DNA of 60,063 nucleotides from the NCBI GenBank assembly GCA_963933035.1, contig CAWVTP010000001.1:1-60063 (forward strand). The letters run 5' to 3'. Positions 21,588 through 31,957 of this stretch are shown piece by piece. This DNA is from an uncultured Puniceicoccaceae bacterium. Lineage in GTDB: Bacteria; Verrucomicrobiota; Verrucomicrobiia; Opitutales; Coraliomargaritaceae. How positions within the stretch are numbered: position 1 is the stretch's first letter; each line of letters starts with the position of its first letter. A model generated the notes under the pieces. That model had not been told where the DNA came from and did no database searches. It saw nothing but the letters and a program-made list of their open reading frames with translations. The translations under genes were made by a program, and so were the position numbers.

Positions 21588-22272
21588 GTAAGTGTGATAA
21601 TTTCTCCTGAATTATAGTATCACACTCATTGATTTTACTTTGGGCAAGCTTCTTTCGATCATACAATAACTGCTTCTTGACATCCCATACGCGTTTAATG
21701 CGCTCGTTTCGATCCTGAAACTGGTCGCTAACACGGGCAACAACTGGGCTAAAACTTTGTTTAGAAGCATTTCCTCGGGGAGAAAACATCAAACCAGCCA
21801 CAAAGCACGCCATTCCAGCCACAACATAGACGAAAACTGGCCGATCGCTCACAATAAAACCAATATAAAGCATCAAAATCCCTACAAAATATAAAACTAA
21901 GTATAGATGCCCCCCGCGTTTGCCTGAGCTTTTAGAGCCCGGTTTTTTCATGGCAATAACCTGACGAAGTTCTGCCTCCATTTCGGATAATTTTTTTTCT
22001 GAATCAGCCAGCTCCTGCATAACTTCATCGTAAATCGCTTTTTCCTGTTCCAGCCGTTGATTCAAAAGCTCCACCTCTTGCTTAAGCTTTGCGTCTTCTT
22101 TAGCTCGAAAATCAGCAACCTTAACGCGTAAAGACTCATAATCCTTAGCATCCATTGCCAAGGCATAAGCATCCACCAAGGAACGCAAATTACTTGCTAT
22201 CAAATGCCCATCATTCGAACGCTCGAAATATTCAGGATGTTGTTGTAGAAATTTTTTTAATTCTTGGTTCAT
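21577..22272 (-). CDS. coiled-coil membrane protein with two TM helices
   Basis: About 115 aa of E/K/L-rich heptad-like sequence, then LYLVLYFVGILMLYIGFIV and VFVYVVAGMACFVAGLMF, then a ~70-aa charged tail. No family recognised. Confidence 0.6.
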   Translation of the reverse strand: MNQELKKFLQQHPEYFERSNDGHLIASNLRSLVDAYALAMDAKDYESLRVKVADFRAKEDAKLKQEVELLNQRLEQEKAIYDEVMQELADSEKKLSEMEAELRQVIAMKKPGSKSSGKRGGHLYLVLYFVGILMLYIGFIVSDRPVFVYVVAGMACFVAGLMFSPRGNASKQSFSPVVARVSDQFQDRNERIKRVWDVKKQLLYDRKKLAQSKINECDTIIQEKLSHLHGK

Positions 22273-22275
22273 TCT

Positions 22276-23595
22276 TCAGCGACCAAAGACCTCGTTGAGT
22301 ACCTTCTCGGAAAAAGGTTGAATCGGTGATAACTGGCTTAGTAAATCACGATGGCGTCGTGATGGGACTTGTTTACTTAATGCATGCAGCAACTCTATTT
22401 TATCCTTGTAGCCAGCATGGCATAAAGGCTTTCGTTTTTTAGCTTGATGCAATACATCCGCCCGCAATTTTGTATTTAAACGAACACTCCATTCATCTGT
22501 ACTTTTAGCTGTTTCATAAGCTCGGTCCATTAGTGTTGGATCTTGCTGCAGCCAATCAATCGCATCTTGAGCTTCGCCTTTACCAATCAAAAGCTGCAAA
22601 GCCTCACGAGAACATTGCGCCTGCATAGCTGCTGCATGGAGCCAGCGGCGTTGCTTAGCTGAAAACTGAGCCAAGGAATCTGCATGCCGCGACTGGCGCA
22701 GATTTGTTAAAGTCCCCATGAAATCATCTTGCGCTAATAAGGCTTTGATTCTGGCGGGGACACCCTCCGTTTCTTCATAGAGCAAATCCACTAGATCACG
22801 ATCTGTATGCCCCAGCTCACTCAACCACTCCTGACAATCGCTGTAGCTCAGCCTTAGCAGCTCGATCTGTCGAAGTGCCGCAGGATGCACCTGCCAACTA
22901 TCTGCAAGGTCTCCTTGCTCCCAAGCTAAAGTTCCAGTTTGCAAATAAACACTTCCTTTGATGACTGTCGACTGCTTGAGTGACTCAAAAGCTTTGTAAA
23001 GCCCCGCTCCAATCCAACGCTTAATATTTTCAGGATAATGTGCAAACTGATCAAAATAAAAAAGAATCCGTGGGCAGGCGTTAGCTCCCAGCATAAAATA
23101 ATCTTTCTGTAACAAATCAGTCAGATTCTGTGCTAATCTCTGTGCCAATTCAACCTCTTCGGAATGAGACAAGGTCTTTACCGCCAATACGTCCGTGTAG
23201 GCCGCCCCATCCTCTCCATACAACTCACTCGCAGATGGCTCCGTGATGCTCGCCGTTGAGAACAAACGACTATTGTCCGGCTGCACATCGACTCGCGACA
23301 TCTTTATGCCACCGGGCCTCAAGCGCTTGATCGATTCCGACAAAAGATTAGAAAATGCAATCGTAGACGAACTTTGAGGGATTCCTTTATAAGCGATTAT
23401 AATGGTTTCGCCAACCCCAATTAGCTGGTGACGAATCAAATTTGTAAAATGCTCACACAATGCTGTTTTACCCACCCCCGTAATTCCGTGCACCAAAATA
23501 ACAGGAGAAAAATTAGGATTGATCTCATTGAATGTCTCTTCTTGCAAACGATCTAAGGCCAACAAACGACCGTATAATTGATTGTTGGACTTCAT
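22276..23595 (-). CDS. STAND/AAA_16-like P-loop NTPase (439 aa)
   Basis: Walker A GITGVGKT (nt 23464-23487), Walker-B-like RILFYFDQF, and helical-module patterns IELLRLSYSDCQEWL and EETEGVPARIKALL. No recognisable repeat sensor domain. Confidence 0.65.
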   Translation of the reverse strand: MKSNNQLYGRLLALDRLQEETFNEINPNFSPVILVHGITGVGKTALCEHFTNLIRHQLIGVGETIIIAYKGIPQSSSTIAFSNLLSESIKRLRPGGIKMSRVDVQPDNSRLFSTASITEPSASELYGEDGAAYTDVLAVKTLSHSEEVELAQRLAQNLTDLLQKDYFMLGANACPRILFYFDQFAHYPENIKRWIGAGLYKAFESLKQSTVIKGSVYLQTGTLAWEQGDLADSWQVHPAALRQIELLRLSYSDCQEWLSELGHTDRDLVDLLYEETEGVPARIKALLAQDDFMGTLTNLRQSRHADSLAQFSAKQRRWLHAAAMQAQCSREALQLLIGKGEAQDAIDWLQQDPTLMDRAYETAKSTDEWSVRLNTKLRADVLHQAKKRKPLCHAGYKDKIELLHALSKQVPSRRHRDLLSQLSPIQPFSEKVLNEVFGR

Positions 23596-23825
23596 ATTTT
23601 GGACAGTAATCTAAACACAGTGTTTACTACGACTGAGTCAAATGGATCTTTAGTACAAAAATCACTATTTTTTAAAAATCCTCAACACGCTCAAATCGGT
23701 TTTTTTGACCTCATACGTCGGCATCGAAGCATCCTGTGTAGAGGCCCAATTCAAATTTAGAGCAGCTCTTAAATTCAGCCACAGGCTGCAGCCGCAATAA
23801 GCTTATGCGCTTACAATAGTCAGCG

Positions 23826-24947
23826 CTAATTTGAGACTTCTATTGATCTATATTTTTGGGGTGATTGGCCAGCTCTCTTTTTAAACCAACTCGAAAAATG
23901 TGCTGCCTCCGAACATCCACAACGCTGAGCAATTTCACGAACGGGCAGACGAGACTGCGCCAAGAGTTGTTTTGCATGCTCAAATCGTAATTCGCCCAAA
24001 GTCTTATAGGGACTTGTCCCCAATTCATTTTTAAATGCCTGCTCCAGACTACGCCGAGAGATCCCGAGTCCACGCGCAAATTCAGTGACTTCAAATTGTG
24101 AGTTGGAAACTTGCGCATACAATCGGGACAGCGCTTTCTGCGCTAAGCCCGAACGCCCCGTAGACAATGAAGATTCATTTGGCATCAATTCTGCCCGCAG
24201 GTTTTGAACCCCCTCAGGGTACACACCAGATTGGATACGCTGGTGCAAGGCTGTCGCCGCCGCATAACCGAGGGCATGCGTCGGCAAGCGAAAACTACTA
24301 ATCCCAAGCCCTGCCAGAGCAGACTGAGTCGGATCATTGCCACTCCCCAGGATCAAGTAGTCCTGTCCGCATCGCCAACTCACTTGCTTTAATTGATGAA
24401 TCGCCAATCGGGCGTGACGATCTGATTCACATAAAATCCCCACCAGACCCCTGATATTTGAGCACTTTTGACATCTGCTGACTAGGTCATTTAAATGCGA
24501 AAGGTGCTCGACAGGTTCACTAAATCGGCATGATGAAAAGCCCGCAAATTGAAGCTGATTAGAGTACAGTCGATTTGAACCGAAGTATACAAAATGGCGA
24601 GCACCATTCTGATAAAGATGCTGAGCCGCCTGAACCCCAAGGTCTATCTGATCAAGGTTGATACTGGTGACAGAATGAATGTGAGAAATCGGCAACAAAT
24701 TAATCGCATGCAGACGATCATCAATTAAACCACTCAACCAAGTATCGCTAATAAAGGGTCCTATTGCGGCTAGCAGCTTTCCGGAACTGGCTAACTGCAC
24801 CAAGGTAGACTCAAATTCATAATTTAAGGGGATCACATCCCAACTTAAACCATGTTCTCGTACGTAATCTTGAAAACTGTTAAAAATTTCAGTGGCATCC
24901 CGTAATTGTCGATCTAAGGATACGGCTACAATGGAAGCCCGTCTCAT
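23826..24947 (-). CDS. XylR-like regulator (PBP-fold + AraC HTH)
   Basis: C-terminal AraC HTH pair (FARGLGISRRSLEQAF, IAQRCGCSEAAHFSSWFKK). Start set at ATG 24947. Divergent from gmd. Confidence 0.8.
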   Translation of the reverse strand: MRRASIVAVSLDRQLRDATEIFNSFQDYVREHGLSWDVIPLNYEFESTLVQLASSGKLLAAIGPFISDTWLSGLIDDRLHAINLLPISHIHSVTSINLDQIDLGVQAAQHLYQNGARHFVYFGSNRLYSNQLQFAGFSSCRFSEPVEHLSHLNDLVSRCQKCSNIRGLVGILCESDRHARLAIHQLKQVSWRCGQDYLILGSGNDPTQSALAGLGISSFRLPTHALGYAAATALHQRIQSGVYPEGVQNLRAELMPNESSLSTGRSGLAQKALSRLYAQVSNSQFEVTEFARGLGISRRSLEQAFKNELGTSPYKTLGELRFEHAKQLLAQSRLPVREIAQRCGCSEAAHFSSWFKKRAGQSPQKYRSIEVSN

Positions 24948-25018
24948 GCGCAAATATACAACAAAAAAATCGCAAATACGAAAGGACAAAATATTCTTTT
25001 TTTGTTAGTCTATGACTT

Positions 25019-26032
25019 ATGAAACGTGCACTTATTACTGGAATCACTGGACAAGATGGCTCTTATTTGGCCGAGCTACTACTAGAAAAAGGCTACGAAG
25101 TGCATGGCATTATACGCCGCTCCTCGAGTTTTAATACTGAGCGGATCGATCATTTGTACAGTGATCCGCATGTTATGGGCACAAAACTCTTTCTCCACTA
25201 TGGAGATTTGTCTGATGGCGTGATGTTAATGAAATTACTGTACTCGATCAAACCGAATGAAATTTATCATTTAGCGGCGCAAAGCCACGTACGCGTTTCC
25301 TTTGATGTCCCAGAATATACCGGTGATGTCACTGGATTGGGCACGGTACGGATTTTAGAGGCGATCCGTGAATTGGGGATGGGCAATGACTGTCGCTTCT
25401 ACCAAGCTTCTTCTTCAGAAATGTTTGGAATGGTGCAAGAGGTTCCCCAAACTGAAACAACACCTTTTTACCCCCGCTCCCCCTATGGCTGCGCTAAGGT
25501 ATATGCTTATTGGCTTACGGTTAACTACCGTGAGTCCTATAACATGCATGCGACCAATGGTATCTTATTTAATCACGAATCGCCACGCCGCGGCGAAACT
25601 TTCGTCACCCGAAAAATTACCCGAGCAGCGACCCGTATTAAGCTCGGACTGCAAGACAAACTTTATTTGGGAAACTTGGATGCGCAGCGCGATTGGGGCT
25701 ACGCCAAGGAATACGTTGAAGCGATGTGGCTAATGTTACAGCAAGATCAAGGAGATGACTATGTGATGGCCACCAATGAAACCCATTCCGTGCGTGAATT
25801 CGTCCAAAAGACTTTTGAATTGCTCGATCTCGACTGGGAACAGTATGTCGATTATGACCAACGCTATGAGCGTCCCACAGAAGTTGATCTCTTGATTGGT
25901 GATCCCGCCAAAGCCAAGCGCCAGCTAAATTGGGAGCCCAAAGTACGCTTCAAAGACCTCGTCAAAATCATGGTTGATGCCGACTTAGTGCTCGCAAAGC
26001 AAGAGCTCGCATATCAGCAAGCAACCAGATAA
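25019..26032 (+). CDS. gmd: GDP-mannose 4,6-dehydratase
   Basis: [24 protein letters not shown] and NHESPRRG motifs. Confidence 0.95.
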   Translation: MKRALITGITGQDGSYLAELLLEKGYEVHGIIRRSSSFNTERIDHLYSDPHVMGTKLFLHYGDLSDGVMLMKLLYSIKPNEIYHLAAQSHVRVSFDVPEYTGDVTGLGTVRILEAIRELGMGNDCRFYQASSSEMFGMVQEVPQTETTPFYPRSPYGCAKVYAYWLTVNYRESYNMHATNGILFNHESPRRGETFVTRKITRAATRIKLGLQDKLYLGNLDAQRDWGYAKEYVEAMWLMLQQDQGDDYVMATNETHSVREFVQKTFELLDLDWEQYVDYDQRYERPTEVDLLIGDPAKAKRQLNWEPKVRFKDLVKIMVDADLVLAKQELAYQQATR

Positions 26033-26070
26033 TACATCACTCACTCAGATAATTGTAAGGGGATAAAGCC

Positions 26071-27018
26071 ATGGATCTCTCAGCGAAAATATATGTAGCG
26101 GGCCATCGAGGCATGGTTGGATCTGCCGTAGTGCGCCACCTTCGCACGCTGGGCTATCACAACATTATCACCCGCAGCAGCCAAGAACTTGACCTGACAC
26201 AGCAGCAGGCGGTGCAAGATTTCATGCAATGCGAGCAGCCAGATGTGGCTGTGATCGCAGCAGCTAAAGTCGGGGGGATCCATGCCAACAATACCTATCC
26301 TGCCGAATTCATTTACCAGAATTTAGCCATTGCTCAAAACACCATTCACGCTGCCTATAAGGCGGGAACTGAGCGCTTGCTATTTTTAGGTAGCACATGC
26401 ATCTATCCTAAATTCGCCGAGCAACCGATGCAGGAAAGTTCTCTGCTAAATGGTGAGTTGGAAGCGACGAATGAAGCCTATGCGATCGCTAAAATCGCGG
26501 GGCTCAAACTGTGTCAATTCTATCGCAAGCAATACCAACTTTGCTACCATTCAGCCATGCCCACCAACTTGTACGGACCGGGCGACAACTACCACCCGGA
26601 GAATTCTCACGTATTGCCCGCCTTAATCAGACGCATGCACGCCGCCAAGCAAGCCCAAGATGCCGGTGTGACGATCTGGGGTAGCGGACGTCCGCTGCGC
26701 GAGTTTCTGCACGCGGATGATGCCGCCGCTGGGATTGTCCACCTGCTTCAAATAGAAAACCCACCAGATTGGGTCAACTTAGGCACTGGATCCGAAGTCT
26801 CCATTCGTGAATTAGCTGAGCTCATTAAAAAATGTGTCGGTTTTGAGGGGAGCCTGAAATTTGATTCCACCCAGCCCGACGGCACCCCTCGTAAGCTCAC
26901 TTGCAGCCAATTAATGAAGTCTACTGGCTGGCAAGCCAAAATCCCTCTCCAATCGGGGATACAAGATGCCTACGCAAGTTATCTGCAAGAATTAGCAGCT
27001 GGCGCCCTCCGCCAATAA
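26071..27018 (+). CDS. fcl: GDP-L-fucose synthase
   Basis: [11 protein letters not shown] Rossmann motif and YAIAK catalytic motif. Immediately downstream of gmd. Confidence 0.93.
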   Translation: MDLSAKIYVAGHRGMVGSAVVRHLRTLGYHNIITRSSQELDLTQQQAVQDFMQCEQPDVAVIAAAKVGGIHANNTYPAEFIYQNLAIAQNTIHAAYKAGTERLLFLGSTCIYPKFAEQPMQESSLLNGELEATNEAYAIAKIAGLKLCQFYRKQYQLCYHSAMPTNLYGPGDNYHPENSHVLPALIRRMHAAKQAQDAGVTIWGSGRPLREFLHADDAAAGIVHLLQIENPPDWVNLGTGSEVSIRELAELIKKCVGFEGSLKFDSTQPDGTPRKLTCSQLMKSTGWQAKIPLQSGIQDAYASYLQELAAGALRQ

Positions 27019-27086
27019 GCTACTTAAGAAGCTCACTCGGCAGACTAAAGTCGACTCTGCAACTTTTCATATTTGGCACTTTGGCT

Positions 27087-29165
27087 CTATCGAATGAATT
27101 TGAATTCTTGGCTATTAACCAGCGCCCAAATGGTGCGTTCGACCACTTTTTCGGGCTCATGGATCAGCAGCGGACGCAAAAAATCCAATTCTTCTTCCTG
27201 GGGTTGCCGAGATAAAAATCCCAGATAGAGCACCTCTAATTGTTGATCAATGTTGCTCATGCGGCTCGCCTTTCGGCCGAGCATCGATTGCTGTGCCAAT
27301 ATTTGATTTGTCTGGGGCGAATTCATCAGAAAGAGCGCCTGCGGAATGCTCGCAGCGCGATTCGCATTTTCAATCGAAAGTCGGTCGGACTGTCCGAAAA
27401 CTTCTAATGGGTGCCCATTGGCAGATGGTGAAGGCAATTCAGATGCTCGTCTGACTGCGAATCCTGCACCCTGTGTGCTATGACCAAAGCCAGCCTGTTT
27501 GCGGCGTGAACCCGAATTCATTCCCATGGATGCCCCCGCCATCGTATCGACTGCCATCTGTGTATTTTGCGCCTTCCTCAATGATCGCAATTGCGCCTGT
27601 AGGCGCTTGATCTCCTCTGGGCTCACGTTTTGGGAATTCCGTTTGGCGCTTTTTAATTGTTGACTCAGGTCCTTTATTTTTGGCTGCAAAACTGCTATTT
27701 CACCTAACAAATCGACGAGCTCGTCGACTGATTTTTCTGCTAGCAAATGCACCGTTTTGGGGGCTTGGCCTGACTGATAAGCAGCATACTGGGTTCGACT
27801 TTGGTAAGCAGAATTTTTCAGCTGATCGACATCATCGCGTAAAATGGAAACCAAACTATCCCAAATTTGCTCAGCACGCATCCTCTCTAAGCTTGGTCCA
27901 ACCAAATGCTCCGGTACAACCTGCTCCGTTGACTCGAAGATTGCCTTGCGCTGATAGAATTCTGTCGCGTAGAGAACACTAAGAAATGCTTTCAAGTCGT
28001 AATCCAACCATTGAATCGTCTTCGCCAAATACTGCAGCAACTCTGGATAAACCGCGTCTGTAACCTGCTGAAAATTATCGACGGGCTCGATCAATCCCTG
28101 CCCCATAACCTGCTTCCACATCCGATTAGCCACCACAATCGCAAAGCGCGGATTGGACTCAGAAGTCATCCATGCCGCAAATTGTTGCACCTTCGATTGA
28201 CTGGAATTCTCGGCGGCTAACTGCAAGACACCAGCTGGCACTTGCGGCTCAATGGCAGCAGATGCTGGCGCGTCCAGATTAGACTTTTCGGGTAGATACA
28301 GCATTCTGTCTGAATGATAAACTCCCCATCGTAAAGGATCTAACAACGTTCGAATGGCCCGTTGACGGTTCTTGCGATCACGGGTCGGATTTGCCCTCAA
28401 TGCTTGCAATAAAGCCAGCGCCTTGGGATCTTGAATGTCCTTTGGCTTGTACTGAGTTTCCACTCCCGCAGTAAAAGCTGCTAAATGGTAAAAATCTTTC
28501 TGCGTCCAAGCTGCGTATGGGTGATCGTGACACTGAGCACACTGTAGCTGAGTCCCCATAAAAATTTGCAAAGTCATCGCCATATTGTCTAAAGGCATTC
28601 CAAGATCACGCAAATAATACCCGCTAGCAGGGTTTTCCCAGGGGTAACCCTCCGCAGTCAGCAAGCTGCGCACAATTTGATCATAGGGAGTGTTCGCAAT
28701 AATGTGCTCTTTAAACCACTGAGCGTAATACACCCCACCTTTCAGACTCCCCTCTCGTCCAGTGGTCTTGATACGAAAGACATCCGCCCAAAAATTAAAC
28801 TGATGGCTGACGTATCCCGGTGAATCCAACAAATGATCAATCAGATCTGCGCGTTTATCGAGGTCCGTCCGAGCCAAGAAACTGCGAGCCTCCGACTCGG
28901 TTGGGATACGCCCAATAATCCTTAAATAACTGCGCCTTAAAAAGCTTGCATCATCCGTCAGTAGAGCCCCCTGCAGATTATTTTTCTCCCAATATTCCGC
29001 TAATAAGCGATCAACATTTTGACTCACGGCGCGCATGGCTTCCGGGCTCTGCACGGTCACTCCACTAGTGGAGGCCCCTGGCTCAAACTGTCTACCAGAA
29101 TTCGATGCAGCCCATGCCAACGTGCAAGCACAGAGCCAACACCCCAAATGCAATAAAATAGACAC
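27087..29165 (-). CDS. DUF1549/DUF1553 domain protein (PVC-type)
   Basis: 692 aa with a signal peptide, a CAQCHDHPY motif and the C-terminal DUF1553-like ending FKFIR. Confidence 0.8.
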   Translation of the reverse strand: MSILLHLGCWLCACTLAWAASNSGRQFEPGASTSGVTVQSPEAMRAVSQNVDRLLAEYWEKNNLQGALLTDDASFLRRSYLRIIGRIPTESEARSFLARTDLDKRADLIDHLLDSPGYVSHQFNFWADVFRIKTTGREGSLKGGVYYAQWFKEHIIANTPYDQIVRSLLTAEGYPWENPASGYYLRDLGMPLDNMAMTLQIFMGTQLQCAQCHDHPYAAWTQKDFYHLAAFTAGVETQYKPKDIQDPKALALLQALRANPTRDRKNRQRAIRTLLDPLRWGVYHSDRMLYLPEKSNLDAPASAAIEPQVPAGVLQLAAENSSQSKVQQFAAWMTSESNPRFAIVVANRMWKQVMGQGLIEPVDNFQQVTDAVYPELLQYLAKTIQWLDYDLKAFLSVLYATEFYQRKAIFESTEQVVPEHLVGPSLERMRAEQIWDSLVSILRDDVDQLKNSAYQSRTQYAAYQSGQAPKTVHLLAEKSVDELVDLLGEIAVLQPKIKDLSQQLKSAKRNSQNVSPEEIKRLQAQLRSLRKAQNTQMAVDTMAGASMGMNSGSRRKQAGFGHSTQGAGFAVRRASELPSPSANGHPLEVFGQSDRLSIENANRAASIPQALFLMNSPQTNQILAQQSMLGRKASRMSNIDQQLEVLYLGFLSRQPQEEELDFLRPLLIHEPEKVVERTIWALVNSQEFKFIR

Positions 29166-29306
29166 GAATTCAGACTAATGAAGCACTCCTAACATTCAAG
29201 CCTAAACGACTTAACGAAATCAACTTAAACAAATTCAGCGTGATCTGCATGGCATTAGAGAGGCCCAATCAAATAACGCTCAATCGCCGCTTTGATCCGA
29301 GCTATA

Positions 29307-29510
29307 CAAACAGACTTTTTTAGCAATAGGATTTTATCTGCCAGCAACTTTATATCAGGCACACTTTTGATGTATAGCATTAGATATGTGCTCAGCAAGT
29401 GGGTGCTCAAAAAGTTGTCCGATCTGCTGCGCATCCGGTCTTATGGCACCGCTCGATACCTAAGCGACCAAGGCACATGGTTGCCTATCAGGCCAGCAGT
29501 CTCGTACGTT
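29307..29510 (+). repeat. copy B of the ~200-nt dispersed element, N-terminal part of ORF 29292..29660
   Basis: Gapless 67-codon alignment to 15808..16011 in the same reading frame. Confidence 0.8.
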
Positions 29511-29731
29511 GATACCTTCCATCGGCCTTCAGTTGCCGAGCATCTGGCACATCCCCAATACTTCATACAGCATGAAGACTGCTGGATTCCAGGATTGCTA
29601 AGTTTAATGGCTACAGGCTTAGATCTAACGACTAAGCTAGGGCTGGAAGCGCTGTTTTGACAGCCACAGAGTGGCGCATCCGCAGGACAGTATCCAATCT
29701 TATCCGCGGCCGACCGCTTGCCAAAATCTAC

Positions 29732-30976
29732 CTAAAACTGAAAACGGTATGGGTGCAAGCGATCTGCAATCTCGCTAATAATCGCCCGCTCCGCAGCCTC
29801 ACCTTTGGCAGCAAAGGTAACAGAAAAGCGGACAAAGTGGCCGCAATTATCCCAAGGCACGGTGCTGATCAGCAACTCCGTGATCAACCATTGGCTAAAG
29901 GCCTCACCACTCTCAAATTCAATGCGCTCATCCCCCTTGGAAGCAGACTTTGGAGCCGCCACATACAGGAAAAAGCTACCTTTGGGCTTGCTCGCATCAA
30001 AGCCTGCCAGCTTGAGTGCATCCACCAACCAGTCCATCCTGCGGGAATATTTCGCAGCAATTTCCTCGGTAATCTGCGGATGCTCCAAAGCGGTCGCCGC
30101 AGCTTGCTGGATGGCTAAAAATTGACCCGAATCGGTATTATCCTTCATGTCACCGTAGGCCTTTACGATCAGCGGGTTGCCGACCACAAAACCAATACGC
30201 CATCCCGTCATGTTATAACTTTTAGATAAGGAATGCAGCTCAACAGCCACTTCCTTGGCTCCCGGTATTTGTAAAATTGACAGGGGCTGCCCTTCAAAGA
30301 TCAGGGATGCGTAGGCAGCATCTTGTACGATAATGAGATTGTTGGCTCGCGCAAAGGCTACCGCCTCTTCAAAGAATGCCCGAGTCGCCGATGCCCCCGT
30401 TGGATTGTTTGGGTAATTGAGCATCAGGATCTTGGCCTTGGACAAAACATCTTCAGGAATAGCCGTCAAATCTGGCAAGAATTCATTGTCTGCAGTAAGC
30501 GGCATGTTATACACCGAGCCCCCCAAGTAGCTCGCATGCGTCCCCAGTACCGGATAACCCGGCTCCGTCATCAAAACATAATCGCCAGGATTGATGAAAC
30601 AAGCAGGTAAAATCGAAAGCGCACTTTTAGATCCGATGGAATGGATGACATCGGTTTCCCAGTCGATGGATTCTACTTGAAAAACGGTCTGCATGTAGCG
30701 AGCAGCCGCTTGCTTAAAGCCGTCGCCCCCATTGTCCGCATACCCACGATTTTCAGCTTGCGCAGCGGCATTTTGCAAAGCCTCCACCACCACCGGAAAT
30801 GCCATCTCATCAGGCTCACCAACCCCCATGTCGATCAATGCGACATCTGGCTTCGCCAAGCTAGCCGCTTTTTTAGCGCGCTTGATTTTTTCAAACTTGT
30901 AAATGGCTGTCGATTTCCCGTACTGCGCGCCTCCGATGCGCTCGGCAAAAAGTTGTTGGATATAAGAGTCACTCAT
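29732..30976 (-). CDS. dapL: LL-diaminopimelate aminotransferase
   Basis: 414-aa class I aminotransferase (SLSKSYNMTGWR Lys site) with the DapL-type N-terminus YIQQLFAERIGG..YGKS...YKFEKIKRAK. Confidence 0.8.
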   Translation of the reverse strand: MSDSYIQQLFAERIGGAQYGKSTAIYKFEKIKRAKKAASLAKPDVALIDMGVGEPDEMAFPVVVEALQNAAAQAENRGYADNGGDGFKQAAARYMQTVFQVESIDWETDVIHSIGSKSALSILPACFINPGDYVLMTEPGYPVLGTHASYLGGSVYNMPLTADNEFLPDLTAIPEDVLSKAKILMLNYPNNPTGASATRAFFEEAVAFARANNLIIVQDAAYASLIFEGQPLSILQIPGAKEVAVELHSLSKSYNMTGWRIGFVVGNPLIVKAYGDMKDNTDSGQFLAIQQAAATALEHPQITEEIAAKYSRRMDWLVDALKLAGFDASKPKGSFFLYVAAPKSASKGDERIEFESGEAFSQWLITELLISTVPWDNCGHFVRFSVTFAAKGEAAERAIISEIADRLHPYRFQF

Positions 30977-31063
30977 GATGGATCAATATGGGTTTATTTG
31001 ATAAGCAGTGGTTAAGATAAGAAATTTGGTTGCGGTCGATAAAATAATTTTTATGCAAACACT

Positions 31064-31909
31064 ATGCTGATCATACATACGGTTGAGGAAATGCAAGCTT
31101 GGGCACGCAACATGCGTGTGCATGGCCACTCAATTAGCTTGGTCCCCACGATGGGCAGTCTTCACGCAGGGCACCTATCGCTCATTGATCAAGCGCAAGC
31201 CAAGGCAGACAAAGTCATCCTGTCAATTTTTGTCAATCCAACTCAATTTGGACCCAACGAAGACTTTGAAAAATACCCGCGGGTTCTGAAAACGGATATC
31301 GAAAAATGCCAAGCCAAACAGCTTGCGGTTGTGTTTGCACCGAATGAAGAGGCGCTCTACCCCGACGGTTATTCCACCTTTGTGGAGGAGACGGCTGTTA
31401 GCGCTGGCTTATGCGGGCTATCGCGCCCCCAACATTTTCGTGGCGTGGCGACCATTTGCTTAAAACTATTCAATATCATCCAACCAGATTATGCCATTTT
31501 CGGACAAAAAGATGCCCAACAATGTGCAGTGATCCAAAAGCTCGTTCGCGACCTACATGTAGACTTAGAAATTGTCGTGGCTCCGATTGTGCGAGACACG
31601 GATGGCCTCGCTTTAAGTTCTCGCAATGCTTACCTAAGTCCATCGCAACGGGAAGAGGCTCGAACACTTTATCGCTCACTGAAAATTGCGAAAGCCATGG
31701 TGGACGAACAAAACATCCGCAGCGTTGATCGCGTCGTGGCGGAAGTGACGCATCACCTCACAAAAGCCCGACGTATTCGAGTGATCTACGTGGAGTTGGT
31801 CGATCGCAAAACGCTGCAACCGGCTAAAGCAATCCACCCAGGACAGCAAGTGCTGCTACTAGCGACTTGGCTGGAACAGGTTCGATTAATTGACAATATT
31901 CTGATCTAG
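31064..31909 (+). CDS. panC: pantoate--beta-alanine ligase
   Basis: PTMGSLHAGHLSL and FGQKDAQQ motifs. Confidence 0.93.
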   Translation: MLIIHTVEEMQAWARNMRVHGHSISLVPTMGSLHAGHLSLIDQAQAKADKVILSIFVNPTQFGPNEDFEKYPRVLKTDIEKCQAKQLAVVFAPNEEALYPDGYSTFVEETAVSAGLCGLSRPQHFRGVATICLKLFNIIQPDYAIFGQKDAQQCAVIQKLVRDLHVDLEIVVAPIVRDTDGLALSSRNAYLSPSQREEARTLYRSLKIAKAMVDEQNIRSVDRVVAEVTHHLTKARRIRVIYVELVDRKTLQPAKAIHPGQQVLLLATWLEQVRLIDNILI

Positions 31910-31957
31910 GGCAGCTTGAAAATCCTAGCATCACCAAGAGGAGAACAAATTTATAAT

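Noticed and set aside
24949-24978. Direct repeat CGCAAATA x2, spaced 22 nt, in the araC-like/gmd divergent promoter region
   Set aside because: Only 8 nt long. It is plausible as an AraC-family half-site pair but is too short to distinguish from chance without comparative data.
29657-30610. Plus-strand ORFs 29657..30118, 29805..30125 and 30323..30610
   Set aside because: They lie antisense to the well-supported dapL gene and show no motifs.
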